NCBI RefSeq assembly: GCF_036321535.1
Contig: NC_087436.1
Span: 7,192,001 to 7,256,000, forward strand
Source of the DNA: Camelus dromedarius
Lineage: Eukaryota
Reading direction: 5' to 3'
DNA length: 64,000 bases
Shown here: one piece after another, positions 51,369 through 64,000 of the stretch
Layout: every line of letters begins with the position of its first letter
How positions within the stretch are numbered: the stretch's first letter is position 1
Notes under the pieces: model-generated
Database searches by the model: none
What the model was told of the DNA's origin: nothing
Seen by the model: the letters and a program-made list of their open reading frames with translations, nothing else
Made by a program: the position numbers and the translations under genes

Positions 51369-52807
51369 AAGGCTCCTTTAACCTTGAGGGGATATTTAAT
51401 TGAAGATAGAATCATTTGCATATAAAGTGAGATTCTGAAATAAATTTTAAAGGAAGTAAGAAATTGCCTGTGATCCACCTTTACCTTCAGGCTTCCTGAG
51501 GCATGCCCAGCTCTCCCATTCAGGCAGGCAGAGTGAGTTACAGAAGCCTAAAAAGGTGCAGTTGCTTGATGTTGGAAATAAAGGCACACCCAGATGCCTG
51601 CGAGCATGAACAAGGTAAAGGGGTCAGATGGGATATGGTGGCATCCTGACAGTGTCCTCTCCAGACCACTCAGATCCGTCTATACCCGCACTGAATTGAC
51701 TCTACACACCGAGGCACTATGAGCTGGAGAGGCAGACTCATGCCTGGAACTGTGGGATGGGTCTAACCTAGTAAACTTGCCCCCAAGTCGCTGCTTGGTC
51801 CCCATACGGGAATGACACCATATTGAAGATTCAGTATCTGTCTCTGGGGATGACGGGTTGGATTCTCAACAGCATCCATCATTAGACCAGCCTTGGTGAG
51901 AGATGCCCAGGACGTCGGGCCCATGGATAACCTCCATCTCTGCTGTCGTGGCAGCTGGGTCCACTGCACTAGAACTGGGATGGGCAAGGGCAGAGGCTGC
52001 CTGGCATCTGTAGGATGACACATCCTGTCTGTGGGTTCTTTATCTCATGCTCTGCAGGGGCTGCTACCTAGTGCACATCAGCACCCAGTGCAAATGTTCA
52101 CAGACTTGGTTCCATTCTCACTGCTCCATCCACATGCTTCTTTCTCAGATTTCCTTAATCCACCCTAATCTTTTCTCTGAATCTTCCAATCTTGCTGATT
52201 CCAGTGCTTTGACCCATTAGTCAAGCCAGTTGACACTGCACAGAAGTTCATGTATATTCTTATCTGAGTCCACTTTTCTTGTGACCAGCGGGGATGAGAC
52301 GGTATGCTACCCGAAGCTCTGCCCTTTGGAGGAGTTTTCTATAGCAGCTCTGTTTATCAGAGCTCTCCCTGAGTAGGAAAGCAGAGCAACCCGCCTTCCA
52401 TTTTCAGCTTTAATCAACCCATTGAGCCATTTCCTCCATGAACTGGGCCTGGGTTTTATCTTCCTTTTCAGCTGGTGTCAAGAATCCCACAGAAGACTAA
52501 GAAAGAGGTATTGCTGCACAAGAGGTGGGTGGTACGGAGATCTGGGACATCTGTTTGGATGGCTGTTTGAGGGTCTGTGACATTGCTTGGAACTGGCAGT
52601 TCTGGACACACTCAGGGTCGATCCTGGATGTCTGATGAGGCGTTGCTTCCCTGGAGAAACTTATGGTTTGGTACGTGCACCAACATCCTGCTTCTGATGG
52701 GAATCTCTGTTTGTGTTTCAGTTACTGTCCCATGTCACTTGTTCAGTCTCACCAGTGACTCAGTAGCATGTCAGACTTTTGTTTTCAAATAAACTATATA
52801 ATTTCCT

Positions 52808-53466
52808 CTTTTTTTTTAGTTTCAAAGGAATCTCATCTTTTTGAAGTCTTTTTTGTTTTTTGCCTCTTTTTAATTTCTTCTAGTTGAAGTGTGAAGGAAA
52901 AGCCGGGCTGGGCTAACAAGATAACTCACAAATCAAAGTATCGGAATACTGATCTGAGTTCTGCTGGACTAACTGGTAAATCTAAGTTGATTAGTGTTGG
53001 TTTGCTGTTCATGTTTTTTTTTTTTTTTTTGTTTGTTTGTTTTTGCTTGCCAGCTGGATTTTCAAAGAGATATATCTGGCTTTGGAATGTTGGTTTGCTG
53101 CCTCCTTGCCTCCACTTTTGTGATAATGATGCTGCTAAAGCTGTTCCATGCCTATTGGCCAAATACCCCAAGCTTGTATTTTACCCTATAAAACCTCATG
53201 CACATGTCTTGGAGGTGCTCAGAGCTTCGGAGCAGAAGCCCCTCTGAGCCCACCGGCGTAATACATCCGAGGTCTCCAACCCTCCGAGTGGTGCTTGTTT
53301 CTTGGCTGGCCTGTCATTTCCGTAACAGAAGTATAATCAGTTTACAATGTTGTGTTTGCTTCTGATGTACAGCATAGTGATTCAATTATACATATATTAT
53401 ATTTATATACTTAATATATTTATATTTCTTTTCATGTTCTTTTTCATTATAGTCTATTACAAGGTG
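52808..53466 (-). mobile_element. Short L1 3' end inserted in the ERV-L, itself split by an LTR
   Basis: T-rich tail, then ttgaag|LTR|gaagtataatcagtttacaatgttgtg. Probable TSD atataattt(c/t)ct at ~52796 and ~53478. Confidence 0.75.
52890..53327 (+). mobile_element. Relatively young ERV1-class solo LTR
   Basis: tgtgaagg...cgtaaca with a perfect TSD GAAG (52886-52889, 53328-53331). ATTGG at ~53154 and TATAAAA at ~53187. Confidence 0.9.
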
Positions 53467-53704
53467 TCAAATGGAGCATATAATTTTCTGCTGTGAATGT
53501 CAAAGCTATTCTCCAGGCCCTCTGGGTCTGTGCTGAGACTCTCCATTTGGGGCTTGCCAGAGAATCCAAACAGTACCTTCACTACAGATATTTCCACCTT
53601 GGGATATGTTCTCAGATGGCCCAGGTAGCAGCAGTATCACTTACATAGTAGCCTAAACCTGGCACAAAACCCTCTCCCTCAGTCTGTCTGTCTGTCTCTC
53701 TCTC

Positions 53705-53842
53705 TTTTCTTTTTTTTTGGTGGAGGAGGTAATTAGATTTATTCTTTATTTTTAGAGGAGGTACTGGAAATTGAACCCAGGACCTCTGTCATGCTAAGCA
53801 TGCAGTCTACGACCCGATCTATACCCTTTCTCCCATCCCCCC
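53705..53842 (-). mobile_element. tRNA-derived SINE (camelid Vic-1-like)
   Basis: ggaggtaattagatttatt...gaggtactggaaattgaacccaggacctc...atgctaagcatgc. Confidence 0.85.
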
Positions 53843-56800
53843 TTTTTTTTCTTGTCTTTTTCAAAGCCCTCTCTTGATCTGACAGCTGTCCCAATCATAC
53901 AATAAAGTTCCTCAAGCGCAAAGCCTGCAGAGGGCTGCTGACTTCTGTTCTTTATCTTAATAGTAGCTGGAGGAGGTGCAAGGTGTAGTAACTCAGTCTT
54001 TTATCTTGGAAGAGATCTGTGGCTTGCTCTAAATCACCAACCCCCTATAAACAACACTGATGTGGCAAGTCTCTGAACTTTAGTGGGTTTTCATCTCCCT
54101 CCCCAAGTAGCACATTTCTCTTACCAGGCACTCAGAGTGCATGTTACTGCACATTAGGTCCAATTATCATGGTGTCACTGATTCAGTGGGTCAGTGTGAT
54201 GGTCTGTGGAATGTCTAGCTGATACAAGTGCCTCCAGATTATGTTGTTAAAGGGTAGAATTCTACCCACTCACTTGAATAAACACTTCTGATCCTTCTTC
54301 TTGATAATTGGTGAAAAGAATGCATTTGTTTTAGGAAAAAACACTGTTACGTGGTGTAGCTATTGCAACTGGAACCACAACTTAGTTGTAGTCATCTGCC
54401 ATATGCACTGGTTCTTTTTCCAGGGTCCAGATTGTCAAATAGTGGAGATATAGTGGAGATTACTGCCTCTGCATACTCTAAATATCTGAGCGAATCACTA
54501 ATTTCATCCATCGCACTTGGCCGTGGTATTGTTTCTGATTTATTGTCTTTGGGCACAAGTTCAGGGGCTTGCACTTGGCTTTTTCTACAAGGATGGCACT
54601 TACTCCATAGGTCAAAGAGCCAGTGTAATCAATGCCAGCTGCTAAATACATTATTCTGTGCATGTGTTCAAAGATCGTGGAAGATGTTTGGGACCAGGGA
54701 CACCCTGTGGAATAGACTTGGGTCAGGACCCCATTATCATCAGGCTCCATATGTCCCCACTCTTATAAGAGTAACATTTTGGAGACTCCTGGTATCAGTG
54801 TTAGTGTGAACTCTGTAGCTTAAAGTGCAAGGTGCATGTCTGTATCCCCCGTGTCCTAGTGTACAGTTGGCTGTGTAAGTGTCCGTAGTTCCCTTTGGGG
54901 AAGACTGGGAGAGTCCACATTGCGCATCCTTGCTGTGGATTGCAGGATTCTCTTTCAGGTGAACATAGCCTTCCCTTCAAACAGTGGACTCTGTGTCTGA
55001 GAACTGGCTCAAGCCTGGACTCTCGGGAAGGGGTAGGGATTTGTCCCTTAGTACAGAAGACACCAGTCTTCTGTTCATCTGCTCTTCATCTTTTAAAAAA
55101 ACATTTTTAAAATTTTATATGAGCAGGCAATGCCCTTGCTGTCTGCCCATCTATCTTGTCCTGGAAACACCAGGGTTTATTAGAGATCACCATAGCAACT
55201 TGCAGCTTTGATGCCTGTTGTGGTTAACTGTCTTCTTCGCCTGGTGGTTAAGTGCTGCATCTGGCCTCTGCTCCTCCAAATCCTACCCTCCCCACCGACA
55301 CAAGGACGTCAGTTGCAAAATAACATCATCCTACCTCAATCCTAGCCTGCTGAGAGCAATCACCAGTCAGCTTCTCGACAATGTCAGCGCCCTCCTCAGC
55401 GGTGCAGTCCCCGTCACTTGGTGGTGGGGGAGTCTTCTGGGACTTGGATTTTACACAATTAGCTTGCCTACTTCTTGGAGTCTGCTGATCTCTCTCAAAC
55501 TCTGCTGAGGAAGTTCAGGTATTTTTACCTCATTGATGTAAGTCGTTGGTCTTTTCAAAGCTCCCAGGGAAAAAAACAGTCTAGATATATTAGGACTGGG
55601 CTCGGTGCTCCTGCTGGGGTGTTAAGATACAAGAGCATATCCCCTAGCAACAAACTCTCCCCATGCGGCTTTCTGGTCTACCTTTTCCAGTCCTCAGTGA
55701 CCACGTCCTGTCATACTTTTTCAGCTCCTCCCAGCACCTGTTAGCCAAGCTCTTTAGCTCCTTCAGTGAATAATTCCTTTCCTCCCTTAGCAGAGGCTGT
55801 ACTTTGTCAGTAAGCTCATGCTGGTGCCGTAGACAGGAAGAGAGGAACTGGCCCATCTGGATTGGCAAGTATAATTTTGCAAAGCACTGGTCTCAGTTGA
55901 GGCTTCTGCTCAGTCTGCAGCTTGGGGAAGCTGCTGTCCTCTGGCTAGAAGAATGGAGGCCTTTCCTCAGGCCCAGGGGTTTAAGGGCATTGAGGGCTCA
56001 GTGATTCTGGGTGCATCCTGGTCTCTCTCTCCCGAGTCCCAGGGTCCCATTCCTTCTCTGTCAGAATCTACATTTAGCAAAAGTAACTTGCCAAGGAGCA
56101 AGCCAGCCTTCTTTGCAGCTTTGCTAATTTCCTGGCCCTGGTCCCGGTCTTGTTCTTCAGCAGGTCTTCCCTGCAGCTACAGAAGGCGATATTCTCTTTA
56201 AACGCCGCCATGGAGGACTTGTGGCTCTCACGCTGTGCTCTGAATCGATAACTGGTTGACCTAAATTTGTACTGTCCTTTCTCCAATCCACGGGCGGTAC
56301 TTCATCATAACCACCAACCCCACAGTTCCTATAATTACCACCACTGCCATATTCTCAAGTGCTAGAGGTTCTGTGCATTCCAGGGTGCCCCCTTCCCCTT
56401 GTATCCCGCCCTGACTTGCCACACACAGACGTGTTAGCAATGGCCCCCAGTCCTTGTCCCTTTATCTGTCACCAGCAGTGGGGTTCCTATGGCCATCTCA
56501 CCGGTGAGTCAGCCAACTCCAGAATCCTACCCTGAGTTTCAGTCTCCAAGATCGTTTCTGGTACCAACAGTCTCAGGTTGGGTTTTCCAGGAGCAAATCC
56601 TGAGATAAGGATTTGTGTGAAAGTGATTTATGAGGACGTTCTCCCAGGAGGACTGGCAGGAGATTGGGAAAGTGAGGCCAGGAAGGGAGAGGTTGAGCAA
56701 GGACGAGGTGCTGGGGGGGCAAAGTTCCATGAAAAGGAACCTGGACTCATTCTTGCAGGGAAGAGCAAGAGACAGTGTGGGGAAAACCTCGGGCTGGCAC

Positions 56801-57482
56801 GACCGGGAAGCAAGGGGACTGAGTATCTGTCCCTCTACGACTCTGAGCCACTAGCGAAGGTGGTTGCCACTGCTGGGAAATCAATTCCCAGGGAGTTCAA
56901 GTTCCTTGTGTGCACAGGCAGGAGGTTCTGGCCGCCTGAGGTCCATCCTTCTATAAAGAGATGTGGTTCCTGGCTCTTGGGAGTGAAAACATGCTGACGG
57001 ACGTTGCTAGTACACATGGAAATGTAAAGAATTCTAAGAGGATATGGCAGAAGCACTGAGGCTGACTTGGTGGGGCGGGGGGCATTAATGGCAGACAATA
57101 AACAAACAGATAATTAATTGTCAGAGGGCAGGATATCTGTTGACAATATTGGACATCAGAGACGGTACCCCTTTCCCACTACCTCTGGACATTGTTCTTC
57201 AGAGTAGACTTTCAGCCTCAAAATTTCCATATGATCGGTCTCACGGCTTAAGTCTTACTGCTACTTAAACCCCTCCTTCTCCCTGTCTCCTAATCATTCT
57301 TCCTTCTCTTTACCATCCCCATTAAAGAAATTTAGGCCATGACGAATCACTGACCTTTCTGCGGACACATTTGGTGTTTTGCCTTCCAATGTGTTTTCTG
57401 CATGTACATTTTAATAATTTTATTCTTTAAGGTATTTTTAGGTGGCTGTCTTTGTTCAAAAGGAATTTGACTAATATGGAGC

Positions 57483-58200
57483 AATCATTCAACAAAAATG
57501 TATTGAGCAGTTCGTATATGTTTGATAACGTTCTAGCCACTAAGGCTACAGCAATAAACAAAACAGGCAAACATACTTGTCCTCCAGCTGGGGAACCAAA
57601 GATAATAAACTACAGTATCATATGTTAAATGGAGATAAGGTAGATCTGCAGGGTACGGGGGCTGGGGGGGACTTTGTGCATATGTGTGTGTGTATTTTTG
57701 GAGCAGGATCAGAGCAAGCCCATGGATCTGGAGGTGGTGAGAAGAGATCTGAAGGCAATGAACTAGGCAGAGGTTATAACAAAGATGGATGCCTTGAGAC
57801 AGGAGTATGTTGGATGAGATCAACAGGTAGGAATCTGGTGCAGGAGTTGGAATTGTTGGCTTGAATGGAGTGGACTAAGAGGAAGGAGAAATTACAGCAC
57901 TTGTGACCACAGTAGAGTGTGGTCCACTGAATATCCAGGGCCTTAAGGACCGTTTTAAGGACTCCATAATTTAGTCTAAGAAGGAAGGTTGTAGGGAGAA
58001 AACTGAAGGAGAGGAGTGTCACGATGTGACTCATATTTTAAAAGACTCACTGTCATTACTTTGTGAAAAAGTCTCCCCATGGAGCAGAGGCTGGCCGGTA
58101 GGTTGTCGCAGTCATGACAATAAAATGAGGGCGGTAGCACTGGAAGAATGGAAATGGGTCAGATAGTGGAAAAAGTGGTAACAGAATTTGTGGATAAATT
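57483..58200 (-). mobile_element. L2 LINE 3' region
   Basis: tcattcaacaaaaatgtattgagc...tacagcaataaacaaaacaggca and ttttaaaagactcactgtc. Confidence 0.75.
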
Positions 58201-60189
58201 GTACGCATTAGATACGCAGTTTATAATTTGACTGGTGGGAACGTTTCATATTTTTAAAAATTCATCTCTCCACTAATGTTGTACCATAGTTCCTAACTTT
58301 AAGGAAGAAAGATTTCTTTCAAGGTAATTCAGTTTCAGAGAGGAATGCTGAAACTACAGGCATTTCCAAGGGTTGCTCATAGCTCGTAGCAGCAATTAAG
58401 CAAGCAGGTAGTTTGAGTCATGGTGAGAGCTACACGAAAAGCAAGACTTGAACCTGGTTTTGATGAGCTATTGGATCCTTGACAATATTGAAGATGTAAG
58501 ATTAGGATGTGTACTGTATGTTATATCTGGAGATACACTTTCATATATGAAACATCTATGAAAAGTGCACACGTGTGTGCCCACACACGCACACACACGT
58601 TCTGTAGGTGACTTCTCCGGATGCTAAGTACACTAAGAGTGAAAAAATGAGGTAAAATCCATCTGGATTACAGTTGGTCACTGAAGCTTTATGAAGGAAA
58701 TACATTAGAGTCGGCTTTCAAAGAAGGGCCACCTAGGCAACAGGGAGATGGGTGAATGGAAGAAGTCAGAAGTAGAAATGGGCAGAGTGCACAGCGGGAC
58801 AGAGGTTGGCCTGATAGGAGTGAATGAGCAATAACGAAATACGATGTATTAATGAGTTTTCTTGAGATAAAGTTTTGTGTAAAAAAGCAGTTTCTTTCCC
58901 CTGTGTGACTGAATGACTCAGTGATGTTTAACCTTGTTTTGGTGTGCAGACACTGTGGACATTTAATAAGTGGTGGAAAATTGCACATTAACATAAAATT
59001 TTGCATACCATTTTAGGAGTTCATAGATTTTCTGAAGCTGGAGTGTCCGTGGAACCCAGCAGGCAAACTGCTCAGAGAGATGTTTTAAACACTTTGGTGT
59101 TGCCATCAAGCAGTAACTATGCTTTAGTATCCGTTTTCTCCTGAAATGTCTCAATCAACTTTGCCAGAAACCTTACCAAAATTAGAATGTCATAGATCCA
59201 GCTGAAAGTTACAAAGTAGTTGGATCCTCTGGCTGGAGAATGAGAAGTAGATCTCTAAATGCCTCATTTCTTTCTTTTTTTTTTTTTTTTTTGAGCAATA
59301 AAGAAAGGAAAAGATGTTCTGGTTTTTCTAAACCCTTGATTACATCCCCTATATAGAATGGACAGGCAGGCAGAGGGATACTGAACGCATTGTTATACAT
59401 GTGTAGATGGAGGTTCTTTTTGGAAAATATGTTGCCTTTACGGTGGAGATGAGCCGGGACGTTTGAGGTAAGCTAAGGAAAGATCTGTCAGCTACCAATT
59501 TCAAGGAGTGAGCTGAAAAACAAAATCCAGGTTTTTCTGCACCGTAGAATTCTGCAAGTAATCACTGGAGGAAACAGGCTATGAGCTGTGAGGGCTGTGA
59601 GGGCAGTGACACGTGCTTGGTGTTTTTTTTTTTTTTTTGCTAATAAATTACATGTTACCTATGAAATTTTTATTTATTTATTTACCTATTCCAGGCTCTT
59701 TAAAATGTATCCTTTGTGGAGCTCCCTGGGCACAGGCACAAAATAATAATGGCTCGGTAAGCTGTGCGCTCTGGCAACGCTGCAGGCAAGTGGATTCAGG
59801 TGGAATTGACCCGATGGAACTGGCGGCTGTCGGTGGTGTGGGCTGACTTCCAAGAGGGTAGGTGTCACCGTAGCAAAGCACTTTGTGAACAGAGTGAGAT
59901 GAACAGCAGACTTGGGGACAGTCATTTTCTCTCCCCGGTGTCTGGGTTGAAAACTGTACCGCACACTTTAGAGAGATGCCTTGAGTTTTATGCAGTGCGT
60001 TGTGCGTTTGCCCGGCACCCCACGTAGGTTTCCATATGGCAACCAGGTGGAATCGGTCTGAGCCAAGACAAAGTAGCAGACCCCACTGAGTTGACTAAGA
60101 CCTTAAAAGCAAGGGGAAAAGGCACCAAGGCAGAGCCCACATTATGTACTCTGGCATATAAAATGCTTGAAAGGTATGGTCTTGGCAAT

Positions 60190-60375
60190 CAGGCAGGTCT
60201 GATTTCTGGTCTGAGCTTTGCCATTTACTGGTTAATTCCCAACATGAACTTGCCAAGTACTAATATTTTCATCTAAAAAATGGAGATAATAGTATTTTAT
60301 TCTTAACATCGTTTTGAGGATCAAACAGGTAATTCATATGTAAATCCCTTAGCAGACTGCCTAATATATAGCAAA
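60190..60375 (+). mobile_element. MIR SINE
   Basis: tttgccatttactgg...ttttcatctaaaaaatggagataatagta...tgtaaatcccttagcagactgcct. Confidence 0.7.
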
Positions 60376-60749
60376 TTCTGGATATGTGTGTCTTCTCTTG
60401 GACTTGGCCCGCCACCATGGGCACCACAGATGCGGCTTCCTCGGGGATGCTCCTTTCCAGCTGTTGCTGAGGCTGAGTGGGACTCTCCACTCCGCTCCCT
60501 GGGCTGCCCTTACAGGGATGCAGTGTCGTTTCTGCTGCCATGACTCTGGTCCAGGAGCAAGAAGAAGAGTCCTGCTCTCACAGCCGGGACTCCATGGCAC
60601 AGGTGCATTCCTAGTCTAGTCTCTCAATTTGCAACTTGGATCAACTCTTCCCATGAAAACGGCACTGTGAACATTTCAGTACAAAAGTTTCAGACTTAGT
60701 CTCTATGCATGCATAAACCTGGAAGATTGCCATTTTCCCGTCTGCACTG

Positions 60750-61450
60750 GTTAAGAACCTGCTTCTTTTCATTTAGAAATTGATCACGAGCATTTTCCAA
60801 TGCAATGAAATATTCCTTCAACATAATCTAAATAAAATTTAAAATGGGTTATCCTGTTGTATTTTGAAAATAGAGACATCTTTATTTTAAAATAATATAT
60901 GATAAGCAATCCCTCATCTCATACCTTTAAAGGAATCGCTGTTAAGAATTTCATTTTGTATCTCTCATGATGCTTCTGCAAGTATAAACTGTAACGTATA
61001 TATCTGACATAAATGTAGTTACACTACACATTTTAATTCATAACCTGTTTTGTACATCAACGAAATATTGCGGACATCTTTACATGTAAATATAAAAGTC
61101 AACTTTAAAAAATTTAAGTAATGTTCCTTAACATTATCCTTATTTGTCTACTCAATCTCTTTGCTTTGGACATTTTGATTATTTTAAGTATTCTTTATTA
61201 TACAACATTCAGTGAACATCTTTATAAAGCATACCTGTACACTCACGCCCTTACTTCTTCAATGCGAGGAATGGAATTTCAGGATCAAACGGTATGCACA
61301 TTTTCAATGTTGGTACAAATAGCCCTCCAGACATGTTGAATATTTTACTTCCCCTTTCAAAATGCATGAGGTGCCCCATTTTTCCCGTCCCTTGGCCAGT
61401 CTAGGCTAGTGCTTTTTGTTTTTTATTTTTAATTCCTTGCTGAATTTAAT
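60750..61450 (-). mobile_element. Old L1ME-like fragments
   Basis: AT-rich; ggaatttcaggatcaaacggtatgcacattttcaa...caaatagccctccaga...tgcatgaggtgcccc. Confidence 0.55.
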
Positions 61451-62799
61451 ATATCTCTGTAAGCTGTCCTGAATCCGTACTGGAATTCAACAGTGTGCAC
61501 ATCACAGCCAAATATTTGGCAAAATAATGTGACTGATTAGTCCTTCTGTACAGTTTCCTCTACCTACAGCAGCCATGTTATTTCCATGGGAAAATATTTT
61601 CTATTTTCCAGACCACTGACAAAAATACTAGGCTGGTAAACTTTTCTGATACAATGGCTGAAGTTCTCAATAAATATTTATTCCATATCTGCAATTTCAT
61701 TCCAATTTATGAATCTGGTTTCCATTAAAGGTATTGTGACATTTAAGGAGAAGTCAGACGTTGTCCCAGCGGGTTAACTTTCAAGGACGTGGCTGGGAGA
61801 CTAGGAAAACTTGAGGGCTCAGTAATTTCTTCTAGACAGGCTGTGTAGGCTTCATCTGTTTCATCTGCTGCTACACTTGTCTTGAGACCTCATTATCAGA
61901 GAGTGTGCAGTGGCTCTGTGACTTGTAGTCCCGAGGGAAATATTTTCACCCACCATAATATCAGCCTCTCAGTTTTGAAAGTGGAATGTGAATCACAAAT
62001 TTATACTCTCGTCTTCAATCTGCAAAAGGACAGCACAGAGATGAAATGAAAGCAGTAAGTGGGTGAAACTCTGAGCGAGGTCATCGCCACTGTTCTAAGG
62101 GCTTGACATGTTCACATCACGGGGCACTCTGCTCATTAGAAAGAGTATTCTGATGACTCTGGCCATCAGATGAGTACAGGAGGAATAGGAAAATGCTCTA
62201 AAAGTGCCTTCGGGGGATGTCATTCGATGACACAAAGTACCAGACCTCAATTAAAGGGCTCTTCTGGTCGTAACCAGATATGAAGCAGCTGTGACACTTG
62301 GCAGATCCCTGGGCATATGCTGGTTAAAAGTGTTTCTTCCTCACTCCCTCCCTCCTCCCCTCCCTTCCTTTTTTTTTTTAATTCTTTGGAGTCAATTCAC
62401 ATATGTCAGTTACAGCACAATATTGAAATGTTGTTTTTATCTTTTCACATTTTGGAAGAGCTGTCCTGAGAAGTTTTCTTTTCATGGCTGATATTTAGAA
62501 AGTCTTTAATGTAATGGCCAAGAAATTTAGAAAGGAGAAAAGGAGGAAAAAAACTGTATTCTGACACCATACAGTTATTTCAGCATGTATATACACAAAT
62601 GTATACACACACATATATATGTGTATATCTATCTGTACATACACTGTGATCCCATAGCATTATGCTCATACCTTAATAGCGCTTACCACATTGTGCCTTC
62701 CACTGACCTGTCTCCTTCAGGCAGAGCCACTGTCTTATTCCCCTGTATACCTCTCAAGAACACCTTGCACACAATGGAGCATCAATAAATTATTTTGAG

Positions 62800-63135
62800 A
62801 AATACATTTAATTGCATCAAAAGGAATAAAATATCTAGAAGTCAATTTAACCAAGGAGGCGAAAGACCTACACTCTGAAAACTACAACACTGACAAAAGA
62901 AACTGAAGACATAAATAAATGGAAAGGTACACCGTGTTCATGAATTGGAAGAATTACTATTGTTAAGATGGCCATACGGCCCAAGGCAATTTACAGATTT
63001 CAATGCAATCTCTATCAAATCACCAATAGCAGTTTTTCACAGAATGAGAACAAATAATCCTAAAATTTTTTGAAATCACGAAAGGCTCCAAATAGCCAAA
63101 ACAATCTTGAGAAAGAGGAACAAAGCTGCACGTAC
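62800..63135 (+). mobile_element. L1 ORF2 fragment
   Basis: aatttaaccaaggaggcgaaagacctacactctgaaaactac...aatagccaaaacaatcttgagaaagaggaacaaagctg. Confidence 0.85.
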
Positions 63136-63490
63136 TGTTACGGAGTCCAAACTCATGATGCTTGCCACATGGCGGGCCAGTAAGTCAAGAGACAAGCTGT
63201 GGAGGCAAGGAATAGCCACTTTATTCGGGAAGCCAGCAAACCAAGAAAATGGCGGACTAACGTCCTGAAGAATCATCTTAATTCATGGTGGAACTCATGC
63301 TCCTTTTATGCTAAAAGAAAAGATGAGGCCAGAGGATTTAAGATTAAAGGGTACACATGGATTGCAGACTTCTTTTGGAGTCACCTGGCCTTCAAGGAAA
63401 GCATAACATTTCTTTGTTCTCCTTGCTCACGTAGGCTGACTTGAAAGGCTTCTGTAAAACTTCAAGTTGTTAGTAGTTATTTTTACTTTA
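63136..63490 (-). mobile_element. ERV1-class LTR related to family A, interrupted by L1
   Basis: tgttacggagtccaaactc...ggcaaggaatagccactttattcgggaagccagca is shared with 27072-27210. Confidence 0.75.
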
Positions 63491-63494
63491 ACAC

Positions 63495-64000
63495 TCTTTT
63501 TTTTTTCAGTTCTAAAGGTTTTTTTTTTAATTTTAATTAAGGCATAGTCAGTTTACAATGTTGTGTCAACTTCTGGTATACAGTATAATGTTTCAGTCAT
63601 ATGTATACATACATAGATTCTTTTTCATTATAGGTTACTACAAGATATTGAATACAGTTCCCTGTGCTGTACAGTAGGACCTTGTTGTTTATCTATTTTA
63701 TATATAGTAGTTAGCATCTGCAAATCCCAAACTCCAAGTTTATCCCTTCCCATCCCTTTTATCCCCTGGTAACCATACATTTGTTTTCTATGTCTGTGAG
63801 TCTGCTTCTGTTTTGTAAATAAGTTCAAGTATGTCTTTTTTCCCTTAGATTCTACATATAAATAATATTATATGGTATTTTTCTTTCTCTTTCTGGCTTA
63901 CTTCACTTAGAATGACAGTCTCCAGGTCCATCCATGTTGCTGCAAATGGCATTATTTTATTATTTTTTATGGCTGACTAATATTCCATTGTATAAATATA
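63495..64000 (-). mobile_element. Young L1 3' end, continues off the window
   Basis: Poly-T tail plus antisense 3'UTR/ORF2 end homologous to the 7280 copy. Confidence 0.92.

Larger units (their letters stand above)
51450..57065 (-). mobile_element. Degraded ERV-L (class III) provirus, LTR16/HERV16-like
   Basis: 5' LTR ~56569-57065 and PBS TGGTACCAGAAAC (56554-56566, minus). Gag-like EERNYSLKELKSLAN, RT-like GSLTYGVSAILVEKAKCKPL...INQKQY and IN-like LTKAGL...QRQILNLQYGVIP. Partial 3' LTR ~51450-51660. Confidence 0.85.

Noticed and set aside
54363..54809. 148-aa plus-strand ORF
   Set aside because: It is antisense to the decayed ERV-L pro/RT region and has no protein-like signal.
60028..60043. 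RFX X-box GTTTCCATATGGCAAC
   Set aside because: The spacer is 4 nt, longer than canonical, and there is no supporting promoter context.
1..64000. Host-gene orientation from L1 strand bias
   Set aside because: L1s occur on both strands with only a mild minus excess, which is not informative.
1..64000. Prokaryote-type systems (CRISPR arrays, operons, defence loci)
   Set aside because: The sequence is mammalian, with no regularly spaced repeat-spacer array and no long ORFs.

Overview
This is mammalian, repeat-rich, non-coding DNA, most likely from a camelid (alpaca, llama or camel). The evidence is five copies of a tRNA-derived SINE matching the camelid Vic-1 family, together with cetartiodactyl-type L1 3' ends. 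I found no host protein-coding gene, rRNA, true tRNA or CRISPR array. The ORF track is almost entirely chance ORFs or retroelement fragments. The largest coherent structure is a degraded ERV-L (class III) provirus on the minus strand (~51.45-57.07 kb), with LTR16-like LTRs, a Leu-type PBS and gag, RT and integrase remnants; it carries later nested insertions. The window also has nine ERV1-type LTRs (mostly solo, several with clean 4-bp target-site duplications, three from one family), many 5'-truncated L1s (two with inversions), MaLR/MLT2 LTRs, MIR, L2, CR1 and a hAT element. Repeat-free stretches contain candidate regulatory elements, including a CpG-rich CTCF-like site near 11.9 kb, and a few weak candidate exons of a possible lncRNA. 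I found no novel biological system that I can support. Repeat family names come from recalled consensus sequences, and boundaries are approximate unless a TSD is quoted.
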